Origin: a plasmid
Sequence record: NZ_CP044066.1
DNA length: 64,000 nucleotides
Direction: 5' to 3' (one strand)
Below the pieces are notes generated by a model. It saw only the letters and a program-made list of their open reading frames with translations, did not search any database and was not told the DNA's origin. The first letter of the stretch is position 1; each line of letters begins with the position of its first letter. Position numbers and translations under genes: made by a program. Below, one piece after another: positions 1 to 11,303 of the stretch.

Positions 1-189
1 CCGGCTGTTTCAAATCGCTGAGATCTGGTGCGCGCGATGGGGGTGCGGGCTGATCTGCAGGAGCCTTCGTGGCAAAGCCATTCGGTTGGCGCTCTACTAG
101 TGCTTGCGCACGCGCGAATCGATCCGCTGGGGGCGCTACCGATAGTGCTCGGTTTGCTTGCTGTCGCATAAGGTCAAGCTTCTTCGTCA

Positions 190-903
190 TCAGATCACCT
201 CCGCATTCTGCGTAACCGCTTTTGTCTTTCCTGCTTTCTTGCCTACAGGCAGGCCGAGTTTTTCCAGGACGACATCCGCGAGGGCTTCGACTTCTTTCAC
301 AGCTGCGCCCGCCCCCGTAACGCCATGAACGCTTAGGCCGAACATCTGCGATTCACCATATGCGTTGCGCTGTTGCAGACCGGTATCCAGGAGCGGAATT
401 TCCTGGTCATCCTGCAAGATCTCTGTGCATGCCTTGAATACGTTGCCACGACGGGACATGGATGGAATGCAGTAGGTCTGGAGCGAAGGATTCTCCTGCT
501 TAGCACGCCTTGCCAGCTCTTTTGCCTCTCTGCTCGCCCAGACATTGTCCAGCAGCGGGATAACTGGGATCAGACCGATGTCGGAGACGTTGAGGGCAGC
601 CCAGGGAATGGACGACTCAATGGCGGGTGGGCAATCGATGAAGATGAAGTCGTAATTCACCGCATGCTTCTCAATCTCCCCGAGCATCTTTTCGCGAAGC
701 GGCGCTAGGCTGATAACGGTGGCCGGGAATGGCTTATCGGCACCGGCCTGACCCGCCCAGATAGTGCTCGTGCCTTGCTTGTCCATATCAACCAGCAGCG
801 TGCGGTGACCGCGGAGCGCAAACGCTGCCGCGAGTTGCATGCACGTCATTGTTTTTCCGCAACCGCCCTTCTGGTTAAACACCGTGATAATGCGTGCGCC
901 CAT
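190..903 (-). CDS. parA: ParA/Soj-family partition ATPase (small, no N-terminal HTH)
   Basis: 237 aa. Deviant Walker A 'KGGCGKTMT' at N-terminus (IITVFNQKGGCGKT...LVDMDKQGTS). RBS GGGAGA before ATG. AT-rich promoter region 904-1000. Partner parB would lie left of the window. Confidence 0.85.
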   Translation of the reverse strand: MGARIITVFNQKGGCGKTMTCMQLAAAFALRGHRTLLVDMDKQGTSTIWAGQAGADKPFPATVISLAPLREKMLGEIEKHAVNYDFIFIDCPPAIESSIPWAALNVSDIGLIPVIPLLDNVWASREAKELARRAKQENPSLQTYCIPSMSRRGNVFKACTEILQDDQEIPLLDTGLQQRNAYGESQMFGLSVHGVTGAGAAVKEVEALADVVLEKLGLPVGKKAGKTKAVTQNAEVI

Positions 904-1113
904 ACTGATCTCCCGAAATTTTATTTAAAATAACATAAAATTATTGATAATGAAACATCCTATTTGCATTGATTGCACATTGTTGACGTAATGCGTTGAC
1001 AGTCGAAGATGTCGCGCCACGGACGCGTCATTCAAACTGCGAATTGCTTGCTTGGATTGCTGGCCTTCCGCATGATGACCCCGAGGGGCGGCAATCACTA
1101 GCCGAGTCCCCAT

Positions 1114-2482
1114 CTTTCACACGTGAAAGTTCCGTTGTTTAGCCCGGGACGACCAGCTGAGGAAGCCTGATGCAAGAACTGGAGATTAGTCGCGAACCGT
1201 GTTGGGAGACTTTGTTGGCGGTTGGATGAAGGATGGCTTTCACGTGTGAAAGCAGCCTAGTATGTGACGCGTGAACTTTTGGCATCAAGGAGGACAGGTT
1301 CCTGCGCTCAGCGCTCCTGTCGAAAGCACATACTTTCACGTGTGAAAGTATGTGCTTATCTCGTCCATTCTAGAGTTCAGTAGTCCGCGATCAGAGATGT
1401 GGTGGGCTGGTGTAGTGCTGATTAGGGCTACGCTACACACACTTTCACATGTGAAAGTGTAGCGCGCTCATCCGAAGTTCCACACAAAAGCCCGTAGTCC
1501 AAGGTGCGCTTCCCGCCTCGTATGCCTTCGCTTGTTTGCTTAATGAATGCGCGTTTCGATACCACGTATGGCGCATACGCATTCTCTAAGATCCCGTACC
1601 ACGACCTTTCACATGTGAAAGTCACCTCGAAATGTGTCACCCTCGGGTTGATATCCTTATCACCTCTTGCCGTTTCGGTGAGAACACGCACTAGAAGCTG
1701 CTGCTCGCGCTTTCATACGTGAAAGCGCGAGCGGGCCGATCCCGTTGACTTTTGGAGCTTGGCATTGCATACGCTGAGCATTCAGAAAATTGCAGAGCGT
1801 CGAAAAATGCGGGACGCTGGTGATTTGCTCTGGAGGGCGTAGGCTGTCGCTCCTTTTCATCGGAAAAATACATTTTTATTAAATTTTTTTCTGCAAAGGT
1901 CCCACGCGTCTTCCGTTCGCATAGACGCGTTCCGGAGGTCTGACGGTATCACCTCTCGGTGGTCGGTTTCGTTCGTGCGCGAGTATCCATCAAAGAGCTA
2001 ACCGCCTCGGCGACGAACGTCCCCCATCAGCGAGCGTGTGGCGACAGAGGAGCCTAGACAAGGATGTGAGGCCCGGTTGCGGCCGCATTGTCTCTGGCAG
2101 GGGTTAGGAAGCAGACGCGCTCAGTGATGCCGCCTGTGGCCGCGCTACTGCGCACCATTGCGTCTAGAAGGGATCGGTCGCCTAGGCAGGGGGGGCGGAA
2201 TCATTGGAGCGCGATTCTTCAACGCAGCACAACACAGCCCCAGAATAGCTCACGGCGAGTCCTGGCCAGGACGAACCATGAAACGGATCTCCAGCCATCT
2301 AAGTGTCTGATAATAAACAAGAATGAACCACGCGACATTTCACAAGGAGTAAAACGCGTGGCAAAAATCAATGTAAATTATCTTCGATTATGGTGGCTCA
2401 CCCGTAACAGAAGCTGCTGCCGTTCGGCTGAGTAGGAATCGGGAGGCTGAGCAACATCGTTTTCTGCTTTCACATGTGAAAG
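1114..2482. repeat. array of 7 palindromes CTTTCAC-NN-GTGAAAG (candidate parS-like centromere / iteron cluster) upstream of parA
   Basis: Copies at 1114-1129, 1237-1252, 1333-1348 (arms extended to 28 bp: cacatac...gtatgtg), 1447-1462 (arms cgctacacac...gtgtagcg), 1606-1621, 1710-1725 (arms gctcgcgc...gcgcgagc) and 2467-2482. The region lacks credible ORFs. Confidence 0.6.
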
Positions 2483-3790
2483 CGTGTGGAAGCTCTGGGC
2501 GATCGTTGATTTCCGCGCAGATCAGCAGGGGCAGGGTGTGCGTCGGGGGCGCGAGAGTATCCATAACCGCGTATAGGGACGAGCGCCGGACGCGCGCCGC
2601 CCCCGACGCGTTTCCCGCCAAGCTCTGAGCCCGGATGCGGATGCTCCAGATCGTAAGTCACCTGGCCGTTAGCCGTTAGATGCAATGTCCTTGATCCAAC
2701 CTCACTGCGCGCACATGGGCGCAAGATTTGGTTCGAGGAGCTTGGGATCCACTAGGAAGGCGAGCACTGGAGGTGCCCGGAGCAATGGTCGTACCCCCAC
2801 CCATCTAGCCGAGGGGCTGAGCGTCGAAGCCTGCGTCGCCAGCGCGCCAGCGGCTTTGCTGGCGCTGGCCCGCCGGGCCCGCGTGCACCGCTGGCCATCA
2901 CGATCGCGTTCACGCAGGCATGCGCTTCTCGAATGGGCGGCGACATGGGGGCTTGGATCATCGAAGACCACTATCTCGGTGCCGAGAGTGTCGTTCATAT
3001 CAGCTCGTTTAGAAAACGATCGACTTGGCGCTGGGCCTTGGCTTCGCCCCCGGGGCTCTCTAATTCCGCAATCCTGCCGCGTTAACGATGGCAGGTGGAG
3101 CGCAGATAGAGTTTCGCAGATCGGCGCGCGGTGGCACTGCAGCTCGCATATGCCGGGGAGGCAGGCGTCTCCGGCATGTCGATCTGGCCACCGCGCAAGA
3201 TGCCTTTGACGCCACCCCGCGCGCTGGCGCACTGTCACTGCGCCAGCGCCGCGCACGAGCTGCCAATGTGCGTAGCCGACGAGCGTAGCGGTGGTCCAAG
3301 TTTTTGTCCGTCCCCCCGCGTTTAGCCTGGATCGGGAAGCCCATGGTCGGCAGAGTAGGCGGCAGCGTCCGAAATCGCAGAAATCAGGACAAGCGGCTGT
3401 CTGTGCGCGACTGATCTGACGAGCGACGTCGCCTAGGTCGCTACACGCGACCGCTCGCCGCACTTGTCGGGGGACGCTTCGGCTCGATCGATAACCACAT
3501 CGCAAACGCGGGCAGGAATACGACACACCGTCGATTCATGCAACATTCGATTGGCGTTGACAGCTGGTCTCCAGCAACTTTTGCGCACCCCGGATGCGTT
3601 GCGGGATCAGCCATTGGATCGGCGCGGTTCCCGTTTCGTCAGGGAAGCGGCACGACGGCCAGCCGCGCCGCACGGCGATCGCCTGGCCATAGTCACTCCC
3701 GGCCAAATTCAGGCGCTTCCCTCGTGCGCCACTCCGCGTGGACTTGTCGTTCCGAGCAGGGCGAGTTCGAGCAGTTGCCTCGAATGTGCG

Positions 3791-3814
3791 AAAAAAAGCT
3801 CCGCATCGCGGAGC
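3791..3814 (-). terminator. rho-independent terminator of cspA
   Basis: Hairpin gctccgc-atc-gcggagc followed by a T7 run on the minus strand, immediately after the cspA stop. Confidence 0.6.
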
Positions 3815-3839
3815 TCCTTCGAGAGATTACAGGAGCCGT

Positions 3840-4043
3840 TTAGATCGGCTCGATTTTCGTTGCTGCAGGACCCTTTTGGCCCACCCCGGCAATATAGCGA
3901 ACCTTTTGTCCCTCTTGGAGGGACTTAAACCCACTGCCTTGAACCTCGGAAAAGTGCGCAAAAAGATCGTTTCCGCCATTATCGGGCGTGATAAACCCAA
4001 AGCCCTTCGAATCGTTGAACCACTTTACGGTACCGGTTTCCAT
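3840..4043 (-). CDS. cspA: cold-shock protein CspA family
   Basis: 67 aa. [20 protein letters not shown]...FAHFS contains RNP1/RNP2 cold-shock motifs. Confidence 0.92.
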   Translation of the reverse strand: METGTVKWFNDSKGFGFITPDNGGNDLFAHFSEVQGSGFKSLQEGQKVRYIAGVGQKGPAATKIEPI

Positions 4044-4191
4044 GTTGAATTCCTTAAAAAGTTCTCAGCTGGCATAGCATTGCCAGCGAGGCACGACGTT
4101 CAAGGGAGCAGCAACAAGGAAAGTGACGCTATGCGTCAGGTACATCGAGGCTATGACTTGAGATCCTGCTCGATCTCTTATACAGGTCGAT

Positions 4192-5104
4192 GTGACGCGG
4201 GGCAAGCGAAGAAGGAAAATTCCCGAAGATTCGTGCGCGAGCAATCTGTGGCCCATTTTCTCTGAATTGCGAGGGAGATATCCCAAGCACGCAAGTACGG
4301 GCGGATTGCGTCCGAAGACCTGTAAGCTCATCCGAAATCGCACGCTGGCACAGGTTGTGGCAGTCAAACTAACGAAGCAGTGGTCCCCGGAGCAGATTGA
4401 AGGTTGGCTCAAGCATGTCTACGCGGTCAACAAGGACTACCAGGTGTCACACGAGACCATCTATCGTAGCCTCTACGTGCAGGCCCGCGCCGCGCCCTGA
4501 AGAAGGAGTTGCTTCAACATCTGAGGCGGTGCCGGATCATGCGCCACTCGCGCAACTATTCGGCGAAGGCCGACGAGCGCGGAAGAATCCGTGATGCCGT
4601 TTCAATAAGCGAGCGACCGCGAACGCTGAAGATCGCGCGATACCTGGGCATTGGGAAGACGACTTGCTCTTCGACAGTGCCAATAGCCAGATCGTCACCT
4701 TGGTCGAGCGTCAGACGCGGTTCGTGATGCTCCTGAAGGTCTCCGGCAAAGACACGGAGACAGTCGTCAACGCCTTGATCCGACATGCCGGAGAACTGCC
4801 CCAGGAGCTTTACAAATCGTTGGCGTGGGATCGCGGCAAGGGGTTGGCGGACCACCAGCGTTTTACGGTCTCGACCGACATCAAGGTTTACTTCTGTGAC
4901 CCACGGAATCCCTGGCAACGCGGCTCCAACGAGAACACCAATGGCCTCCTGAGGCAGTACCTTCCCAAAGGAATTGATCTCTCTGTCTATTCACAGGCAA
5001 AGCTCAATGGCATAGCACGCCGCGTCAACGAACGTCCGCGTAAAACACTAAACTTCGATACACCCGCTGAACGATTCCATCAAACCGTTGCATCGACCGG
5101 TTGA
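4192..5104 (+). pseudogene. IS30-family transposase remnant (5'-truncated, at least 2 frameshifts)
   Basis: Three successive frames carry IS30 transposase segments: ...KQWSPEQIEGWL.. (4192-4500), ..RGRIRDAVSISERP.. (4509-4727) and ..SQIVTLVERQTRFVMLLKV..DTETV..NGLLRQYLPKG..ERPRKTLNFDTPAE (4664-5104). The HTH part is missing and overlaps the cspA upstream region. Confidence 0.7.
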
Positions 5105-5325
5105 ATCCACAAGTGTGCACTGCCACAAATGGCGAACAGTCGATCGCAGTTGTTGATCGCAGACTTGGCTGCGTCTGCATTGGACAGCTACTAACTCGTG
5201 CGAACCCTGCGCAGTCGGCCGGAATGGACACGTGTTCACGCCATTTGCGATGAGCGGATCTAATCCCCAGCCTAATATTGATAAAGCCATTTGGCTCGGC
5301 TTCGATTCGCATCTTTCGACGCTGA

Positions 5326-5589
5326 TCACAGTTGAGGTGTTGTTGGCCGCCGTGGCGCAGCTTCACCTGCATTAATCAAACGCTTACGACGCTGCAATCG
5401 CAAAGCGGATACTGTGACAATCAACGCTGGTAGGAACGATTCGGCTGTATTGACCTGTACACCCTGAGCGCGCGCGTCTCGGATGGTCGCAATTTGCTGG
5501 CGTATGAGAAACCGGCCTTCATCGATGTAGGCATCCAGCCGCTTCTCTTGCATCAGCTCAATGAAGGCTTCCGTCAGATCAAGGCTCAT
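5326..5589 (-). CDS. hypothetical small protein (second gene of overlapping pair)
   Basis: 87-aa ORF coupled to the upstream ORF. Possible toxin-antitoxin-like or regulator pair, unidentified. Confidence 0.3.
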   Translation of the reverse strand: MSLDLTEAFIELMQEKRLDAYIDEGRFLIRQQIATIRDARAQGVQVNTAESFLPALIVTVSALRLQRRKRLINAGEAAPRRPTTPQL

Positions 5590-5897
5590 GTCATGGTCTT
5601 CTGGTCGGTCGCGAAATTAGACTTTGCCACCGGGCGGCGCTCGTCTATCCACAGCTTGGCCCACGCGAGCCCTTGAGCCAGCGCCCGCTCGCGGGTTCTG
5701 AAGACGCCGAGTGATCCCGAAATCGCAAGCGTGTCGCTTTCCTGCTCAACTGCTCCAGAGGACTCAAATACGTCGTCGGAGATCGCGCGGGCATATGCCC
5801 TCGCTTGGTGACCGAAGTATCTTTGCGTCGTTGTGATGGGTCCCACAGAACTGCTCCCCTCTAAGACGGCAGTGGCAAATTGCGGCCGCCACTGCAT
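5586..5897 (-). CDS. hypothetical protein (first gene of a 4-nt-overlapping pair)
   Basis: 103-aa ORF. Its stop overlaps the start of the next ORF (ATGA). No recognisable domain. Confidence 0.3.
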   Translation of the reverse strand: MQWRPQFATAVLEGSSSVGPITTTQRYFGHQARAYARAISDDVFESSGAVEQESDTLAISGSLGVFRTRERALAQGLAWAKLWIDERRPVAKSNFATDQKTMT

Positions 5898-6813
5898 GGT
5901 AGAGAGCGGATGGGCTGGAGGCTACCAAGGCCGGCAGTCGGCAATGGAAGGATTCCGTACAAGCGAGGTGTGGCATCAGGTGCGGCGGCGTGCCGCCGCA
6001 CCTTCATATTCTCAACGCGGGAGAGCAATTAGTCACTCGGTCACTCGCGCTTTACACGTTTGCAGTTCTAGAGTGCGAGCCGTCTCGATGCAACCCGTGT
6101 CCGGCGAGATAGCGTTCAGTTTGATTAGTCGCTCGACTCTCCACCAGGCGACAACTTCTGCTGCATATGCTTGGTCACGGTGGAAGAGCTCGCAATGTAC
6201 CGGGCGGCCAGTTAGCATAGACCGCACTATACGCAAAGTGGAACCGTCTCTCAGATGCGACAGCAGTCGAGTTTGTTGAACGGATTTCGCCATGTTGTTA
6301 GTAGGAACAATTAATGATGCGACCTTGAAAGTGATATGTCGCAAAAATTTGCCGGCTACTACATTACGAGAATAAAGGAGAGTCCTTCATTCTAGCTCAA
6401 TCTTTGGGATCGAATATATTAATATCTATGGTATATCCCCCAGCGTCTGCGCAGCCCCGATTCAGGGTTCAACGTTCCCAATTACATCCAGCTATTCTCA
6501 CGGGTTGGCCGCGCGTGCGAAATAAGAGGAAGTGTGGGTAAGTCGTCGCTCTACGCCGATCCGCTATTGACCTCAGTCGGATATCACGAGCGAATTACTG
6601 TCGCCTGCGTGTCTAGCGCGTCGAACCTATTGCACTGTTTAAGCCAAAACTCGTGACGGGCGCTCCGGTTAAATGTGCTTCCCTATGATAAATTTGCCAA
6701 TTTTGATGCCCTTAAATGAGCGTTCCCTTGACCTCTTCCTTGAAAGATGGGCAAAGGCTGGTAAGCTAGGGAGCGTCGACATCTGTAGGTGCAACAACAA
6801 GGAGAAGAAAGCA

Positions 6814-7128
6814 ATGGCTACTTACAAACAACTGCTGGCTCAGAAGCAAGCGCTGGAAGCTCAAATCGCCGAGGTACGCGCGACGGAAGTGAATGGTGTT
6901 ATCGACCAGATTCGCGCGCTTATGGAGCAATATGGATTGTCTCTCGAGGATATTCAGGGTAAGCGTCGCCGGGGACGGCCGGCAGGCAGGGGAGTCGCGA
7001 AAGAAGTCAAGGAGCCGCTACCCCCTAAGTTCCGGGATCCAAAGTCCGGTAAGACGTGGTCGGGTCGGGGGCGGACGCCAGCCTGGCTCGGCAAGAACCC
7101 GAATCGTTTTCTAATCGCACAGGAGTAA
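6814..7128 (+). CDS. H-NS-family nucleoid-associated protein (Bv3F/MvaT-like)
   Basis: MATYKQLLAQKQALEAQI.. coiled-coil N-terminus. C-terminal ..KFRDPKSGKTWSGRGRTPAWL is the H-NS DNA-binding motif. RBS AAGGAGAAG lies 6 nt before the ATG at 6814. Long AT-rich upstream region 6280-6800. Confidence 0.8.
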   Translation: MATYKQLLAQKQALEAQIAEVRATEVNGVIDQIRALMEQYGLSLEDIQGKRRRGRPAGRGVAKEVKEPLPPKFRDPKSGKTWSGRGRTPAWLGKNPNRFLIAQE

Positions 7129-7377
7129 CCCGAGCTCCGGAGCCCGCTTGTCTGTTTCTCGTGGGGCGACGACATCAAACGCGTCCGAGGTCAAGGCCGT
7201 GGCATGCGCGCAGCGAGGGCCTTGGTCAGTAGATAGAGCGATGACGGATCGCGCACGGAGCTCTTACAAGGTTGTGCCGCGAGCCTCTTTAGCGCAAGCG
7301 GATTACCCATTGCCGTAGCAGCATCGCCCGCGACAGCATCGTCGAATCAGTCGCGAGCCGAATGTCTCTAGTCCCAC

Positions 7378-9396
7378 TCAACGTTCGAGGAATAGCTTCA
7401 GTTTATCGGCGCGACTCGGGTGCCTTAGCTTGCGCATCGCTTTAGTTTCAATTTGTCGGATTCGCTCACGCGTCACGTCGAATTGCTTACCGACCTCTTC
7501 CAAGGTGTGCTCGGTGTGAGTTTCGAGTCCGAACCGCATCCGCAGTACCTTGGCTTCGCGGGGCGACAACTCATCCAGAGCCGCATCGATCTGCGCACGC
7601 AGGCCTGCCGAAACTGCTGCCTCAGCCGGTGAACTCGTCGCATCATCTTCAATCATGTCACCGAGCGTGGTGTCTCCTTCCTCGCCCACCGGAGTCTCGA
7701 GCGAGATAGGTTGCTTGGCGATCTTGAGAAGGCCGCGTACCTTCTCCTCGGACAACTCCATGCGCTCGGCGAGGAGCGCTGGATCGGCTTCTTGCCCAGT
7801 TCGCTGCAATATCTCGCGCGAAATCCGGTTCAGCTTGTTGATCGTCTCGATCATATGTACCGGGACGCGGATAGTCCTGCCCTGATCGGCAATTGCCCGT
7901 GTCACGGATTGCCTGACCCACCACGTCGCATACGTGGAAAACTTCCAGCCGCGACGGTATTCGAATTTATCCACCGCCTTCATCAGGCCGATATTGCCTT
8001 CCTGGATAAGATCCAAGAATTGCATGCCGCGGTTCATGTACTTCTTTGCAATGGAGACGACCAGCCGCAGATTGGCTTCGATCATTTCGCCCTTAGCTTT
8101 ACGCATCTTCCGCTCGGCAGCACCCATCATGTTGTTGATATGCTTGAGCTGCTGGAGTGGTAGTGCGACCTTCTCCTCTATGTCGATAAGTTTCTGCTGA
8201 CTCGCCTGAATGGCAGGCAGCTGCCGCTCGAGTGCCGGGCCAAACTTGCCGGAAGTTGCGGCCGCACGGTGGACCCAGCCGAGATCGGTCTCGTGGCCCG
8301 CGAAAGACTGAATAAATGTCTCGCGGGGCATGCCGCAGCGCGCAACGGCGATCTCGAGGATGGAGCGTTCGATCGCACGCACTTGTGTCACCTGGTCGTG
8401 CACGCTCACACACAGGCGATCGATCATCTTCGGGGTAAACCGGATTGGCGCAAGCTCTCGCTGGATTTCAGCGCGCATGCCATCCATGGCTGCGGAATGC
8501 GTAGGGCCAGTGACGGGCAGCTCGGTCATCCGTTCGAATAGGGCTCGCACGCGTGCAAAAATCGCCAGACTGTCGGTGGTCAGTTGTTCCAGCTGGGCCG
8601 CATTCACCTTTTCTGAATCGCCGGAACCATCTTCGTCATCGTCCGACACATTGTCCTCCACTTCGGGGGTATCAGAATCGAAATCAGCGGGCTCGACAGC
8701 CACTTCTTCGGATGGAAGGGGCGAGTCGCTCGCATCTACAAATACACCGCCCACTGTGTCGCTGATGCCGTCAACCAGTTCGTCAATGCGTGAGTCGCCG
8801 GCGATGACACGCTCCGCTTCGGAAAGGATCATGGAAACCACCGCGGGACAGGCAGCGATGGCCTGGATCATATCCTGCAGGCCACTCTCGATGCGTTTGG
8901 CGACATCAATTTCGCCAGCGCGAGTCAGCAATTCGCTGGAGCCCATTTCGCGCATATACATCCGGACCGGATCTGTGGTCCGGCCAAACTCGGAATCGAC
9001 GGTCGACAAGGCCGCCTCTGCTTCTTCGTCCGCCTGATCATCGGACGTTGCAGTGGGTGCGACATCACGCAGCAGTAGCGCTTCGGCGTCAGGCGCCTGC
9101 TCATAAATGGTCACGCCCATTTCGTTGAACGTGCTGACGATGGTTCCCATTGCCGCAGGTGTCACGATCTCGGACAGATGATCGTTAATATCCGCGTGTG
9201 TGAGATAACCTCGCTCGCGCGCAAGCGCGATGAGCGCACGCATCTGGCCTTTGCGCTCCGCATCCTCGCCGACTATGGATACATCATCTGATAGCTTTGC
9301 TACCGCCTGCGTCTTGGCGGTTGATCGCCGGCGGTTGGGCTTTTCCCCTCCGCGCGACGAGGTGGAGCTTTCAAAGTCAGGATCCGAACGGGTCAA
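7378..9396 (-). CDS. rpoD: RNA polymerase sigma-70 family factor, RpoD-like
   Basis: 672 aa. Acidic region 1.1. Region 2 [44 protein letters not shown]. Regions 3 and 4.2 (..[35 protein letters not shown]) all present. Confidence 0.9.
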   Translation of the reverse strand: MTRSDPDFESSTSSRGGEKPNRRRSTAKTQAVAKLSDDVSIVGEDAERKGQMRALIALARERGYLTHADINDHLSEIVTPAAMGTIVSTFNEMGVTIYEQAPDAEALLLRDVAPTATSDDQADEEAEAALSTVDSEFGRTTDPVRMYMREMGSSELLTRAGEIDVAKRIESGLQDMIQAIAACPAVVSMILSEAERVIAGDSRIDELVDGISDTVGGVFVDASDSPLPSEEVAVEPADFDSDTPEVEDNVSDDDEDGSGDSEKVNAAQLEQLTTDSLAIFARVRALFERMTELPVTGPTHSAAMDGMRAEIQRELAPIRFTPKMIDRLCVSVHDQVTQVRAIERSILEIAVARCGMPRETFIQSFAGHETDLGWVHRAAATSGKFGPALERQLPAIQASQQKLIDIEEKVALPLQQLKHINNMMGAAERKMRKAKGEMIEANLRLVVSIAKKYMNRGMQFLDLIQEGNIGLMKAVDKFEYRRGWKFSTYATWWVRQSVTRAIADQGRTIRVPVHMIETINKLNRISREILQRTGQEADPALLAERMELSEEKVRGLLKIAKQPISLETPVGEEGDTTLGDMIEDDATSSPAEAAVSAGLRAQIDAALDELSPREAKVLRMRFGLETHTEHTLEEVGKQFDVTRERIRQIETKAMRKLRHPSRADKLKLFLER

Positions 9397-10214
9397 TACA
9401 TGCTCCTGGGCAGGTGGCCGACCATTTTAGCCATAGCAAGGTACTTTTGGCGCGGCGAATATGACGAACATGGTAGTCATCGATGATGAAACAATAAACG
9501 CGGCCGGGAAATCGTGTGAGCGCTTGGCGGTCCTCAAAAGAATCCGCAACTATTGGCGCTTGCCACTGCCCCATTCAATCTATTCGTCGTTGTGCTAGCT
9601 ACGTCCGCGGGTTCTTCCACTCGGACGCGCGCCATCGACGATTAGCCGGAGGCTGCGACGCAATGGAGTCAGCCCGCTATCTGGCAAGTCGAGTTGACTA
9701 GCTCGCCTAGCGTCGTCCGGTCCGTCCGATGACTTGTAAATCACGCGTCTGATAGCGTTAGGAAGGGCAAGTTGAACCGGCGCGCGCACTAGGACGTACG
9801 ACCTTGCGCAGCTGCGGCTCGCATCTTTATCTGCGCCGGTCACGCTGATGGTCAGTTCCTCCGGCACTGGAGCTGTCACGCTTGCTGGGGACGTGGCTTT
9901 CACTCGCGGGCAGACCGGAAACCGTCTCCATGCTGCGGCTGGCCGCTCCCATGAGTCTGTCCGACGGCGGGCACGTAGCACCACTGGAAACGAATCTCAG
10001 GTGCATGTGGCCGCTGGTGAACTGAACCCTGTTCGAACGAACAAACACGATCCGTTAGTGAAGCGCGTAGCCCGCAGTGATGATTCGATATCGGCCGCTG
10101 GCCCCGAGATCTTGAGATGTACCGTGCGCTTGAATATCCTCTTCGATCCGTTATATTGGCAAACAAAAATAGGCTGCAAGGCCTCAAACTACGCCTGTCG
10201 CGGAGCGCACACCG

Positions 10215-10451
10215 ATGACTGAGGGAAAGCTACTGCATGACCTTTCGCGCTTGAACAAATGCATCGACGCTCGGGAAAAACAGTTACGTCGTATCGAGGC
10301 GAACTACGGATCGCTCTACGAACTTAGTATTAGACCCGAAAGTCCGGAGGCCGTTAGGATCCGGCAAAAGCTCTACGCCCTTAAGGCGAGGCGCGCCGTA
10401 CTGAGCGGTGAACTCACCGCTCTCGCGCACCGCACCAACTTCCGGAGCTAG
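10215..10451 (+). CDS. small coiled-coil protein (DUF465/YdcH-like?)
   Basis: 78-aa ORF with a heptad-like pattern (..LYALKARRAVLSGELTAL..). Weak call. Confidence 0.3.
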   Translation: MTEGKLLHDLSRLNKCIDAREKQLRRIEANYGSLYELSIRPESPEAVRIRQKLYALKARRAVLSGELTALAHRTNFRS

Positions 10452-11303
10452 AGACCCCGGCGATTGGGAACCCTTGAGGTGCTAAGTGAGGCGGTCTTCG
10501 GGAATCGCTGTTCAAGCTGCGGCCTCTCCCTCCGACTGACTACGAAGGCATTTCTGCGCGCTCCCGTGCTGACCGGTCTGCGAGTTGGTTCCCCGGAGAC
10601 GTCGGCTGTCGTGCACCCTAGGAATGTCGGAACTTTGACGGCTAACATGATTGAGCGCAGCCGCTCTTCGTCCCTGCGATCGACTGGGGTATGTCGCGCA
10701 CTGACCAGCTTTGGGCTGTTTTTTTTGCTGTACTGCAGCAAGCAGTGTGTGTGCTTTTATCGGGTGAAGCCTGGCACAGCAGAGCTTACGATGGTCTTGG
10801 AGCAGGAGGGTGCCAGTCGCTCACAGCATACACACAACTCTTCAAGTCGATTCGGTTTGCATACGCGACATCGGAATCCAGCCGGCACCGTATATCGATT
10901 GCCGAAGCCGCGGAGGATGGATTCTGAGCAAATGCGCTCTCCCTCTCGGCGCGAGACCCACAGAGGCAGAGTCCGGGCGCCTGCTCGGTTGGCCACCAGA
11001 CGAAAATGGACACCAATTTGTCATTGACCTAGGGGCAATTCTCTCTCTTCGACGGTGTGGGCTGTCTAAATCCGTGCATCTTGGTCCTTGAATAGGTGTG
11101 GCGCCCGCTGGCTTCCCGAAGCACCGAACAACTCCCAGTCGGCGCTAGGAGGATGGGCGGAGCCGAATGGGGTGTTTTGAATAGATGATCGTGGTCGCGC
11201 GCCTCTAACTTGGCTACAACACTCGTAGACGGTGCCATACGCGGCAAGGGCCACATTTCGTTTGCGGGCGCGGAATTTGCTCAACCATTGTTGAGGAGGA
11301 TCC

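Noticed and set aside
904-1100. Two plus-strand TTGAC hexamers (cattgttgacg, gcgttgacag) as promoters
   Set aside because: They face away from parA toward a gene-free region. No downstream -10 element or gene was found, so they were not annotated.
1114-2482. Interpretation of the palindrome array as a CRISPR array
   Set aside because: The repeats are palindromic, the spacing is irregular (94-750 bp), and no cas genes are present. The array is a binding-site cluster.
2702-3526. 274-aa ORF (and overlapping 2685-3209, 3060-3344 ORFs) in a very GC-rich stretch
   Set aside because: Arg/Ala/Pro-rich low-complexity translation with mutually overlapping ORFs on both strands. This is typical of high-GC noise, with no domain, no RBS and no operon context.
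8330-9037. 235-aa plus-strand ORF and several others inside the rpoD locus
   Set aside because: These are antisense shadows of the strongly supported rpoD gene. They are Ser/Arg-rich with no homology.
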